DNA from: Antedon mediterranea
Taxonomy: Eukaryota; Animalia; Echinodermata
Direction: 5' to 3'
DNA length: 64,000 nt
Assembly: GCF_964355755.1 (NCBI RefSeq)
Contig: NC_092680.1
Coordinates: 16,315,045-16,379,044 of the forward strand
The notes beneath the pieces are model-generated. The model was not told where the DNA came from. It did no database searches and was given only the letters and a program-made list of their open reading frames with translations. Shown here piece after piece: positions 39,911-52,881 of the stretch; position 1 is the stretch's first letter; the number at the start of each line of letters is the position of its first letter. The translations under genes were made by a program, and so were the position numbers.

Positions 39911-41387
39911 TATCAAGGAACAAAATATAGAAAACAAAGAGCTAAAACATATTCTAACTAGAAAGACACTCCGAGAGTGCATACCTCCACCTACTGTAAA
40001 ATTCTCCTACATAAGATTTCTCCGGTAAAAAAGAAATATATATATATATATATATATATTTGTCTGTGTCTTAATGCTGTTTGTGATTTAGGCTAATTTC
40101 ACTACAAGCATGTGTATGCGAGTTTGGTGTAATGGTTATGTAACAAGCCTTTCAATTAACAATAGCTTCAGTTGACTAATAATAGAACAGCAACGTGAAA
40201 ATCAAACGAGTGAATTTGAAAAGAAATAGGTTTTTTAAACTACTCGCATAAAAAAAATGTGCACATTAAATCAAATTATGTTTTAAATTTACAAATCTTG
40301 CCTCTTGTACAAAAATGAAGTTTTTTGGACAAGTAGTTCTCGAGAAAATGCAATTTTAGTTTATTTGTTACCTTAAGACTGCTCGCCGGCTTTTGTAAAA
40401 TTCTGTCCTATCTTTTAACACTAGCAGGTCTGAACAGTATACCGAAAAAGTGGTCCAGAATTGGGACCATGGTCCCAAATGGTCCCAGAATTTAATGGAA
40501 TGGTCCTTGACCACATATCTATCCGTATATTCATTTTGGTAAAGATCTTGTAATTACTTTTTGAGTAATCCTGCTAACAAACAAATGAAAGCACTCAGAA
40601 ACTGAGTGAAGTACTTGGCAAAATATTATATCCATTGATTGAGAGCATATTGAAAATGTTTTTGATTGAGTAGGTATTAGCTTTACATGGTTCAAATCCT
40701 GCTAGGGTTTATAATTTGGTTAAATAATTTTTAATACAAATAATGACCTTTCTGAAGATCTCAAGATTGAACTGGGAAAATGTGGACGTCTAAAGGGAAT
40801 GATTACAATTAAATAATACTGAAAAAATACATATGTGGTTTAATTTTTTCTTCCCGATAATAATCAATTAGTTCTGCAGACAATTTTAATTTTGCCATTC
40901 TGATTTTATCTGAACTGTGCTAAAAGCAAGTGTATTCACTGGTCACCAAACCAAGAATGTTAATTGTCCTGTGGCTGTACTGTACAGTACCTCCATGTAG
41001 GTCACTAGTGTAGCCCAATGGGATTAATAATAATAAATAAACAACCTGTTTATCTATAATTATATATAAATATATAATATATTTGATTGATTATGACTTT
41101 TAATAACACTTTATAATCTTTGTATTCCATTCAACTCCTAACTAAAGTTATTTCAGGTATCTATAATCAAAAGATATATAGTGAACTATATTATATCTCT
41201 CTGCTACAATATTCAGATGTTGATCCCTACCATGGATTAAAGAATATTCTATTCCAAGCCAAATTCCTGCCCATCTGATTGGCTATTGGTGTAAAAAACT
41301 GGTGTCAGTTTCGTTAATAATAGGACATGCAGTAAAACTTAAATACACAAGGGAGCAGTTAAAATAATAGATTTGACCCTAAAGGTG

Positions 41388-43125
41388 GGGTGTGTAGAAA
41401 GCGACGACCTCGAATTGGACGACCCCCAACGACCCGGGCGACCTCGAATTGAACGACCTCGAATTGAACGACCCATAACACGAAACCGACGACCCCTATA
41501 GCCTAGCCTAGCCTAGGCCTAAGTGTGGTATAACATCCCGAAGCCGAACATAGCCAAAGATCTTTAAACTATACCTTATTATATAATACTCGCAAGCAAG
41601 CAATTGATTGAAAAAATAGGCCTACAGAAATATCGCCATTTGATACTGATTGTGTCGACACGAACAAACGAAAAGATATGGAACGCCAAAAGTGCATCAT
41701 TAAAACTGCATTCGACATATTAAAAATAAATTAAAAAGAAATAAATATTATACAATACATGGTTAAACCATGGACGTATAATTACATCTCGTCTTCTTAT
41801 AACGAACACTATAGGCCTACCAAGCAGCGTAACATGTGCATGGGGGGATATGACCGGTTGGGCCGCCGACAAGTTGAGCCGCCGGTAATTTCTATGAAAC
41901 GGCCAGTGCGTCTTTTACGACATTTCGCGTAGTGATAGAGTGGTGTCCTATTGTGTCTTGAAAATAAATAATAATGACATACTACAATTTTGTTGGTTTG
42001 AAACAGCAAAGGAAAGTAGTCATATTTAATAATTTAATTGTTTTTAATCTTTCAAGGTAAAAATGCAGTGCACTCCATAATATTTTTCTCGCGTGTATGC
42101 CTACCACGTAAAATCACGTTGTCTCTCAGGACTAATAGAGTATTGATATTCTTCGAATGAGGTTAAATAATTATTATTTTTTATTTACTATCTTTTAATA
42201 TCATATTTTATTGAATTTTACAATGTTAATACACAAAATATTTTACTAAAAAACGGTGATTTTATGCAATTATTTTACTTCAACTGCCGCCTGAGGGGGG
42301 AACATGTTTACGTCATTTTTGGCTAAAAACGATCATTTTCGGTCATGTTTTAGGCCTTATATTTTGGAATCTACAAGTCAGATATTCATAATTATTTCTC
42401 TTTAATTATAATATTTAATAATATATACTAAAAACCGTGATATATAAACTTTGGAATATACATCGTTATATCTAATAATTAATATAAATAGAACTTCTAT
42501 TAAATAGAAACGAGCACCGGCGAAAGTAAGCATTTGGCGTTTCATAGAAAATAACGTTTTTCTGGCGGCGCCTCAACTTGTCGGCGGCTCAACTTGGCCT
42601 AATCCTGCATGGGGAGGGCCATAAGAAAGCTTTACATTTCACACATGCATTGTATACGGTCAAACCATGGAGGTATAAAAATATTTTTACCAAACCATGG
42701 AGCTGGTCAAACCATGGAGGTAATACCTCCGTGGTCAAACCTTACCTGCCACTGAAAAAGGGGCCTGGTTTGCCCTGTTTATGATATTTCGTGTGCTAAT
42801 CGAGTCGAATGCAGTTTTAATGATGCACTCTTGGCGTTCCATATCTGTTCGTTTGTTCGTGTCGACACATTCAGTATCAAATGGCGATATTTCTGTATTT
42901 TTTCAATCAATTGCTTGCTTGCGAGTATTATATAAGGTATGGTTTAAAGATCTTTGGTTATGTTCGGCTTCGGGATGTTATACCATACTTAGGCCTAGGC
43001 TAGGCTAGGCTATTATAGGGGTCGTCGGTTTCGTGTTATGGGTCGTCCAATTCTAGGTCGTCCAATTCGAGGTCGCCCGGGTCGTTGGGGTCGTCCAATT
43101 TGAGGTCGTCGCTTTCTACACACCC
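41388..43125. mobile_element. Mutator-like non-autonomous element with about 330-bp TIRs
   Basis: GGGTGTGTAGAAAGCGACGACCTC... mirrored at 42803-43125. Target duplication (C)CTAAAGGT(G), 8-10 bp. The empty site is visible, inverted, at about 5920-5940. Confidence 0.9.
41846..42605. mobile_element. Nested Mutator-like MITE
   Basis: Imperfect TIRs GGAT...GCCGCCGACAAGTTGAG and 9-bp TSD TGCATGGGG (41837-41845, 42606-42614). Confidence 0.85.
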
Positions 43126-44119
43126 CCTAAAGGTGACTGGAAACAGGCACTTTCCATCAATCAATACAGTGTCCCTTTGGAAGACTGAAGAAAAAACCAG
43201 ATCGTGGGACTCCAGAAAAGAAATAGGTTTTTTAAAACTACTCGTATAAAAAACCTGTACATTAAATCAAATTATGTTGTTAAAATTACAAATCACAATT
43301 TATAACTCTTGCCTCTTGTGCAAAAATGAGGTTTTTTAGACAAGTATTTCTCGAGAAAATGCAATTTCAGTACACTCGTTACTTTAAGACTACTCGCCGG
43401 CTTTTGAAAATTGTCTCCTATCTTTTAACACTAGCCGGTCTGAAAATAATATCATTTTTGTTATTTGTGAAGTTATTAATAAACCAATTGTCATGATTTT
43501 CAATAGGCATGGCCTGAGAGTATATACCTATCTACACCAAAAAATTCAGAATGATAACTTGAAAACTGTAGGCGCTATCGTGCTAACAAACAAATGAATT
43601 TATTAATAAACCAATTGTCATGATTTTCAATAGGCATGGCCTGAGAGTATATACCTATCTACACCAAAAATGATAACTTGAAAACTGTAGGCGCTATCGT
43701 GCTAACAAACAAACAAACAAACAAAGTAAATACTATACTTGGCAAAATTCTTTTTGCCAAGTAACAAACAAAGTAAATACTGTACTATACTTGGCAAAAT
43801 TCTTTTTGCCAAGTAACAAACAAACAAACACACGCTACCGATTACATATACCTCCTTGGCGGTGTGTGGTAAATAATAATCAAGTTAAACAACAAAGAAT
43901 AAGCAAAAAACAACGGACAATTTGGGAAATCAAAGATAACACGTACGTACGTACTATTATTATAAAGTTACTACGAACATGACTCTACATAGGAATATTT
44001 GGACACAATGGCTTCTAGTCCATTCAAAGTCATAACTCTTTCAATATTAATATTGCTCTGCTCGCGTGTCATCATGAGTACTGCCCTCAAACGCCGAAAA
44101 TTAGTTAGTATTTTTTTGC

Positions 44120-44365
44120 AAATGTCCTTTGATTGTTCGACGACTTGTCCTTTGATTGTTCGACTTGTCCTTTGATTGTTCGACTTGTCCTTTGATTGTT
44201 TGACTTGTCCTTTGATTGTGCTACTTTCCTTTATTTGTTCGACTTGTCCTTTGATTGTGCGATTGACCGACTTGTCCTTTGATTGTTCGACTTGTCCTTT
44301 TATTGTTGAGCTTGTCCTTTGATTGTTCGACTTGTCCTTTGATTGTTCGACTTGTACTTTGATTG
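44120..44365. repeat. 20-bp minisatellite, second array
   Basis: Same unit as 78-620, followed by GGCCCTAATGGCCGTC as at about 851. Confidence 0.95.
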
Positions 44366-45409
44366 GCCCTAATGGCCGTCGATAGATATGTAAAAAAACT
44401 AAGGAACGTTTTCAAAAATCAACGAACAAACTAAAAAAACAATGAAATGTTTTAAAGAATCAACGAAAATAAACTAAAAAAACTACAAAGGAAAATAAAA
44501 ATCAAAATATAGAAAACGAAGAACTAAAACAACAAAGAATAAGCACAAAATATTTTTGTTCAAGTATTTCTGTTTATTTTTTCACTCATTTTTATAGATA
44601 CCAAACTTACCAGGCATAGTTTCATCAAGTATTCGCTTGGTCATTTTACATTTGTATCCAAATGATCTGAAAGAGAAGATTTTTTAGGCACAAAACAGTG
44701 ACGACTACGCGGCCAATCTCCTACCAATTTATAGATGACGCAATATTGTGTCTACATCTATCCTAGATTATAAATTGTGAGTGAGTAAATTCTTGTCATT
44801 TTATTGGAGCAGTGGCTCTTGAAATAGAGGTCATTCAAACATTCAGATAGTGAGATATTCTGTAGACAGAAATGAAACTGGATAATCGTTTTGTTAGAGA
44901 AATGAAATGAACCATTACACTATAGATATTTATATAACGTATCAATGAATAAAAGACCTACTCCATTGGCTTCAATGGACATATATAGAGTAAGTTTGTA
45001 TCAAGAATTGTGTTTTATCGTAAGGTTTGTAATACACTATTATTATTATTGTTATTATTATTATTATTATTATACGGTGTGTTTTTTAAACATAGATTTA
45101 GACGGGAACATATTTTAACACAGGACTCTAGTAGTTTTGAAATATATTCTTTAGTAAAGTTTTAAACCAAAACAGAGGTCTTAAATGCATAAGTATTGTG
45201 AGCTGTTTATTAAAATGCTTATAGATCTGGATAGGATATAGAAATAGAAATTTCTTATATAGGAAATATAGGAAAAATAGTAGATAGGTTTAAAACCGCA
45301 ATTTATGTAAATCATAGTCTATAAATTTGTGTAATTTTAACCTTAACTTTAATATTGAAAATTGCATTTTTCGGTATTTTTACCATTAGATTAAGATTTT
45401 AAAGTCGAG

Positions 45410-48400
45410 ATGCCCGACAAAAATCTGATCGAGAAGCAGCCGATTTTGCAAGATAACGGTAAGATACAATGAAAGTTTATGATGCAACTGCCTATCTAGT
45501 TTCTACTTTTGGACACCTATGTATGTGTGAAAACTAAAATTAATCAATGCTCTTTAGCCACTATTTAGAGCTATTTCGAACAGTAAAAAAAAACCTTTAA
45601 ATGACCTTTGAAAAGTCCACCTTTCTTGTCAATTATATTCATTCATTCATATCATTAGTCATTATTTTCCCTTTTATACAAAATAAAATAAATTGAAAAC
45701 CTTGAGATTAAAATAAAATATTATATGCAAACTAAAACAAGTTTGTTTCCAGAGCAAACTTATTACACTCAGTGTTATTTGCTCTTTGTTTTTCTATAAT
45801 TTTTAGATAATTCACCAACGTTGAAAATTCGCTATATAATAACATTTCTATGTTTTGTTGGAAATACTTTAATTTTTGCTGCCAGAGTGAACTGGAGTAT
45901 AGCTATACTGTTTATGGCACGTCCAGAAAGTGACATTACGAATTCCACAGATTCTGAAGTAAATGAAGGCCGCAGCAAAATAGTAAGTAATTGGATTAGG
46001 CCTATATATTTCTGTTCATGCTATATTACGAAAACTGAAGATCTGGACATTCATTTTTTACATGTTATTTAAAACAAGAAATAACATCATCTCTCGATTG
46101 GAGAAATAGTAATCCCTTTGATCATGTGGTGATATCAATAAGTCAGTACTCTCACTGTCTGTGTAGGCCTACAGACCAAGTTCTTTAACGTGCACTCTAT
46201 GTACACGGGACAAACAGCTTATCAAACACTAAAAGTACGATTTATTATTTCCCATTGTACAGTAGGCTAAATAGTATTTTAACAGCTTTCACTTTTGTAA
46301 AGATTGTAAATAATAGAAAATATTCACGGTAGACAGTTATTTTCTTTTTCCATATCCTACTCTAATTCTATGCTAACGCATTAAATCAGAACAAGCCTTC
46401 ACTTTTGTAAAGATTGTAAATAATAAAAAATATTCAATGTAGACAGTTCTTTTTTCCCCACGTAATGGCCTACTCTAATTCTATGCTAACCCATTTTACA
46501 TCTCCAGTAAAATAAATACGTCCTTACATACGATAATAATGTTGTTGCATTGCGGGAGCTGCTGCTGCCCACCTTATATTAATTTACATTCTTCAATGAT
46601 ATAATTAATACTACAGTTTCAATTTTTACTTTGCATAATTACGGTAACGATATTCACAAACTTGTGAACCCAAAGCTGCTAATAATTATAGGAACGGTTC
46701 ATTATAAAATTGCGGGTATAAAAAGTACTATGACACTTTCGTGTAATAGTACGTATACTGATATTGCACGCAATGTGACTAACATTCGTTCAGTCAAATG
46801 ACAGAAATGTATATGTTATGTGTTATATAAAACAAACCATCGGTGTTTAAAGGATGACCGATGTTAAAGTGACGACCTTCAGAACTTGTTCATCACAAAC
46901 TCAGTTTGTAATGTTCTATGTTTCAAAATTGTGTGTTATTAATCCAATTTTGTATTATAAACTGTAGATTTGAGACTAAACATTAAATAAATCCCAGAAA
47001 TGATAAGTATATCTATCGCAAGAACGCACAAGTAATATTATTTAAATTAAATGTCTTTCGTTGATTAAACAGCATGCTTAACCGAGTTAGTATTGTTACA
47101 GGTATCTACGTTTGACTGGAACATGAAAACGCAACAAATCATTTTAGGTTCTTTCTACTGTGCCTATTCAGTTGGACCTATTCTTGGAGGTTGGTTAGTT
47201 GGCAGATTTGGTGGGTTTTCTATGCTCATGACTGGAATATTATTTACAACTTTTTCCATGCTAGTAACCCAGTTTGCTGCACATTTTGGCGTTGGTTTTG
47301 TAATATTCACCAGAATTATTGATGGCTTTGGACAGGTATATTATCCAACTTTATGTTTTTTAAACTTGATTTAATTGAGACATTAATTGTAGGAAGTTCA
47401 ATATAGAATGTATTGCAAAAAGTCACAAATGTCAACGTTCTGTTATTACCCGAATGCTATTTTTTCTAGGGTATTGCATATCCAGCAAATTTAGTCTTGA
47501 TTAGAAATTGGTCAAAAGCAGATGAACGTAATACGCTATTAGCTATTGCTTTTTCAGGTATATTTTCTATTTACTTTAGCCTACATTTCAGGATCTCTTT
47601 CCTCATAATTTGCATGTAGGCCCTATCTGTGTAATGTATTACCGGTATCGTGTTTTTTAATCTTGGAATACAAATTTCAATTACTGTGTATTTGACAATA
47701 AATTTGAACTTGAAGCCACTTTTGAAATGGATTTTACTCACTGTTGTAGCCCTAGTGTTACAAAAATATGTTAATTGTATTTTAGGTAGTAGTGTAGGAC
47801 CAATACTAACCAGTTATATCTCCACTTGGCTGTGTTCATCTGAGTTTATGGGCGGTTGGCCCTCCACATTTTATTTATATGGTAAGTTTGAATCTTAATC
47901 TTCTTGAATTTAAAAGAAGATGCAAGTGCTATGAACAATTAGTACAAACAAATAGTAAATTAATAACAAAAAATAAAACGATCGAAATGTCATTGACTAA
48001 CAATATCATGTAGAAATAACTGTACGTTTACGTCTTCAAAATCTTTAAGTTTATACCATCCATAAATTTCGAGATTAAACACAAGAATTGAAATAATGAT
48101 GTATAGCGAAGGTAAAACCAAGAGACTTGATTCCTGGTAATGTGGTAGACCTAGGATGTATATGTATGTTTTTGCAATATCTTACAAATGTGTTCTGTTT
48201 ACAGGGACGATTGGTGTAGTCTGGTGTGTTGTGTGGTGTATTGTGGGATCAAAAACCAATATGCAGTCAAATTTACAAGTAAGACATTAATATAAACTTT
48301 ACAATGAAATAGGCCTACACAACTCCTATTGTGATACAATAGGATGTCTGATCTAAAAATAGAACATTTTGGATGTTGAAAGTTTTATTACTTTATAATT

Positions 48401-51400
48401 TAAGCAATTACTCTTTTTTCGTAATTTAGATGTATTCAGAAGCTGTAAGGATTTTTTTACAGCGTATACTGGTTATTGATTCATCATTTAAAAAAAGTAT
48501 ATATAGCATAAAAAGCATAAAAAAATGGGAAAAAGTAAAAAATATTATTTTAGCAATGTAAAAATGTATAATTGTTAAACAATAACAGGCTAAAAACAGT
48601 ATAAATACTAAAAATAAGAAAAACAAAAAAAAACTTTAAGCTGCAGAGATAGTTTTCTACTGAAACAAAATTGATATAGATTATTGTAACAAATGTAAAA
48701 GAATGAAATAAAAGTGAGTGAATCTCACAAAAGACAAAAAAAAATAAAAATTATTTCCTTTAATTAATTATTAACATCATTTTGAATCATGGCATCTTCT
48801 AAATCTGTAAGCAACTTCTAATTTAGTTATAATTTATTATAAGTCTTTATACTTTAAGATTATATAATATTTATACTATGATACTACAGCATATGCCGTT
48901 CATAACTTTCACGTAGGCCTACAGGTAACCACACAAGTTAACTTCATTCGATTGGATTCTTTAAATGTTTGGAACAGAAACCGGAGAATAATGTACAGAG
49001 TGTCGAGAAAGTGCCTTACCCCATGTCACATTATCATTTAGACAGAATTTATAATCCCCAAATTGAATGTAAATTTCTAAACTCACCAATATGTAATGGA
49101 TTTACATTATGTTATATTAACATTATAGCCTACTCTCTATGTCAAAGGACTGTTACAAAATCTTACCATGACATGCGAGCTGAGCATCCCGTTGTTAGAT
49201 TGTCTTGATCATACTCTGATCCCAGCTGCATCATGTTACAAATGTATATTTTTATTTTTATTAAACCATAGGACAATTACAATTACGAAGTTCCATGGAA
49301 GAAATTGATGACGTCACCGCCTGTTATTACTTTGTATTTCGCAAATTTTGTCTTTGATGCTGGATACATATTATTTATTACAGACATTCCGACGTTTTTT
49401 AACTCAATTTTAGATTTTGATTTAGAATTGGTAAGTTTCTAAAACAGTGAAAATTCAATAATACTAAGCCAATTAAACTTGTTTTTATTTCATGTATAAA
49501 AATGTGTACATTAACACATGAAAACATAAAACTGTTGGTTTAAAGAATTCTGAATATGGCTCTGTATAGGTCTGCTTATTGAATAATATACTGCTAAATA
49601 GAATATGTTAAAAATGTATTGTCCCTTTGTCAAATTCCAAAAAAAAATTAAAAAAAATATTTCGAAAAAATCATAATAGTTATTAATTTTTACCAAAAAT
49701 GAGTCGGAAAAAAAATCATTTAACTGAAATACAGACGTTTTTTGGTTCAAAAAATAACTTTGACTTCCAGTCAAAGTTTTCTATCAAAACATATCTCATA
49801 ATGCAACAGGCTTGCTTGGCTACTCTGTATGCATAATCATAAAACTTCCTCACGATCTGTGTTAAAACACCTTCTCATCCGTGACGAGTTGTAAACAATC
49901 CTAATTAGCATCATGCATAATGTATACTCATGGTTTGAAATCTTTGTTTACTTTCGTTCGGCGGAACGATTATCCAGACGAAATGTTATCAATTTAATTT
50001 AGCTGTTAATTACGTAAAATTGTTGTTTTTGGCTCGAATTTTCGACTTAAGGTGAATAACTTTAATATTACTTTGATATGGCCAATTTAAATTTAGAATA
50101 TTTTGACCTTTATTTTTTTGTGTTTCAAGGGACAATACATCTTTAACGTTGATATAAAGTAATGTAAAGTAATGTTAGTAAGAGTACACCCATTCAATTG
50201 TCTGCAATAATTGACCACTGTCAATACACAACACTTATTACCTGACTGAGGTATAATAATATAAGAACATTACAAGTTACAATCTAAGTGTAAACGCAAG
50301 AAAAGGTGTTTTATCAGCTTGTTAATCGTTTTTGCGATATGAATTTTGAAATCTTAACATTAAGACAATTAGGCCTATTTTCTTTTAATACATGTTAAGA
50401 AAGTCATATTGCAATTCAAATTGAGTAAGGCATGATTGATGATTGCATAATTGATATCTATTTAAGCATTTTATGATACAGAAACTATATTAAAATCATT
50501 GTTTTGTTTAAAAGTTCAAAATGACGTGATGCTATACGTCTAGTTGTCCGACCCACAAACCCTATAATGAAAGGAACAAAGTATACTGTTTCATACATTA
50601 TGCAAAGTTTTGTTTAAACTATTGTCCCCATGCAGACTGATGAATCAATAGAAATTGTTAATATTTGCCTGTTCATAACAATAATGCATTAGTAAGTCAG
50701 GAAGAACTTAAATTAATATTTTTCTTTTTTTTACAGGCAGGATTACTAAACATGGCGCCTCATCTGTGTGTGCTGTGCATGACAGTCATAGGTGGATTGC
50801 TTGGAGACTATTTGATTTCACACGACAAATTAAGCATACTAGGAACCCGAAGATTACTCAATACATGTTGTACGCACAAAACATGCTAGCAACTTTAGCT
50901 CCTATACTGTCTCGACTAGCATATCAATATCGAACACTGTATGAGTGACATAGCTGTGCAGATTATCTGCAGTAATTAGTGAATACATTGCATTATTTGA
51001 TGTTGGAATAACATCATCAAATACTCAATCATTAGGGCCTAACCATCTGGTGAATGAAGTATAGGCCGACTCCTCGTGAAACAGAACCGACGTAGGCCAA
51101 CGTTATAAAGGCCAATTTACAAAGATGAGCGGTAACGGTAAGCGGTAATTGTAAGCAAAAAACCGCGTGGCTTTTTCCATTTTACACAGCGCGCGGAGTT
51201 CGCGAACGGAGTGGTGGAAAGTAGGTGCGTGTATGCCTCGAGGATAATGCATGTTACAGTCACTGCTGGCCTGGATGTGACTGACTGTCAGTAGGCCTAG
51301 CACACACAGACCTAAGTTTTAGAGGGAATTGTTGCCTAATAACCTACTAAAATGTATATTTTCTTTTCACTATCCTTATACGAACATTAGTCACGTCGTA

Positions 51401-52881
51401 GGTGTTTGTATTGCTGAATAAAAAGAAGTTGCAAACTAGGCTAGGCCAACTACGGCACTCGTATTTATTGTCGTCTTTCACTCGACGGACGCAAAACAAA
51501 TTGTTGATAGATGACGTCATTTCAATCATGTCGTTGGTTTGCCAGAATCCATAATTACCGCGCGGTATTTTCACAAAATCGAATCTGTTTTGATCCTGAG
51601 CGGATTTCCGCTCAACCGCTTGTCCGCTCCGCGTTCTGTGTAAATGGTCATAAGAAATAACATAGATTCTATTTTTGCGTTTTCCGCTCAACTTTACCGC
51701 TTACCGTTACCGCTCGTCTGTGTAAATTGGCCTTTAAATTGGCCTTTACCGTCGTTGACCAATCATCACAAGCAAAGTTATCATCACTTGACATTGGTCA
51801 GCTTGCATGCGATGAACTGCGCGCGCGTCCTTACGTTCGTCCTAGTGTGATCGGAACACGTTTACAGGTCGGTTCCTACTTGATAGTATGCAAGTACTGG
51901 TTAAGTAATTGATCAATCACAATAGAATAACAGTTTATCTTATTCAATCAAAACCAACAGCGATAATTCACCGACACTTACATCTGAACTGTCGCAATCG
52001 ATTGGTCAAATCACTTACGTTGGGCCACGTTACGTTGTTATTTCCAAGAGAGAAACAATCATTACATTAAACTACCTTTTTATTATTATAATTCTATACG
52101 GTAGGTTACACCTTTGCACAATGTAAAAAATCCTCTTTCTCTCTCTCCCTACCTTACAAAAAAAAACCCCACCTCAATCCCACAAACCACACAATATCTC
52201 GAGTACATTGCTATTTTCGAGACAGAAAATGTACTTGAGTTGCAGTCTTTATTTTTTTTTTCTCAAAGGCTTTGGTCTGACTGCGGTCTTTATCATCATA
52301 CTAGGCTACGTTTACAACAGCGATCTCTCATTGACCATAATGGTATTTGCTTTTGGAATATATGGATTCAAATTTGCTGGAGTAAATGCTAATGTACTAG
52401 ACATTGCACCTTTTCACTCAGGCATAATCATTGGAATGATGATTTCGATGGGAAGTATTGGAGGACTGGTTGCAACGACTTTACTGGGAGTATTGACAGA
52501 AACAAACGTAAGAACTAATTTTTTCATTTATTTTTGTTTTACTTTTTATTTTTCAATAAATCCACACAAAAATGTCGGATATTCCACAAAGTGTTGTGTA
52601 GAGAAGTTAAAAGATCTATTCATTTTAGCTGTTAAGCCTCAGATAAATTGTTCCCAAAGTAAGCTGTAAATAGACTCATACACCATTTTCCTGTAGCAAA
52701 TATTTACTATATAATTTTACTTTACTTTCAGAATACTCTGCGCCAATGGAGAGTTGAATTTTGGACTCAAGCTGCATTACAAATATGTGCGTTACTCGCA
52801 TTTTTTATTTTTGGTAGTGATAAACCGCAAGAATGGGCAAAACCACCAGAGGAATCTGCAGATATAGAACTCCAACATTAA
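45410..52881 (+). CDS. SLC17A5-like: SLC17 family (sialin-like) MFS organic anion transporter, paralogue 2, 465 aa, 10 coding exons; exact orthology not established
   Basis: Exons 45410-45458, 45807-45982, 47102-47335, 47470-47557, 47786-47881, 48205-48278, 49272-49430, 50737-50869, 52269-52507, 52732-52881. All introns GT-AG, open frame of 1398 nt. About 33 substitutions plus one codon indel versus paralogue 1. Confidence 0.92.
49612..50142. mobile_element. MITE with TTAA TSD (Kolobok-like) in intron 7 of paralogue 2
   Basis: TIR A(A/G)ATGTATTGTCCCTT, TTAA on both sides, empty site in paralogue 1 near 21175. Confidence 0.85.
51109..51733. mobile_element. PIF/Harbinger-like MITE in intron 8 of paralogue 2
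   Basis: TIR AGGCCAATTTACA...GAGCGGTAACGGTAAGCGGTAA with TAA/TTA flanks. Empty site in paralogue 1 near 22115. Confidence 0.85.

Larger units (their letters stand above)
39957..43871. mobile_element. Composite HINE family-B-like element enclosing inverted host DNA
   Basis: Starts ACTAGAAAGACACTCCGAGAG (cf. 1605) and ends ACCTCCTTGGCGG (cf. 2182). It splits a foldback-family sequence between 39955 and 43872. Confidence 0.55.
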
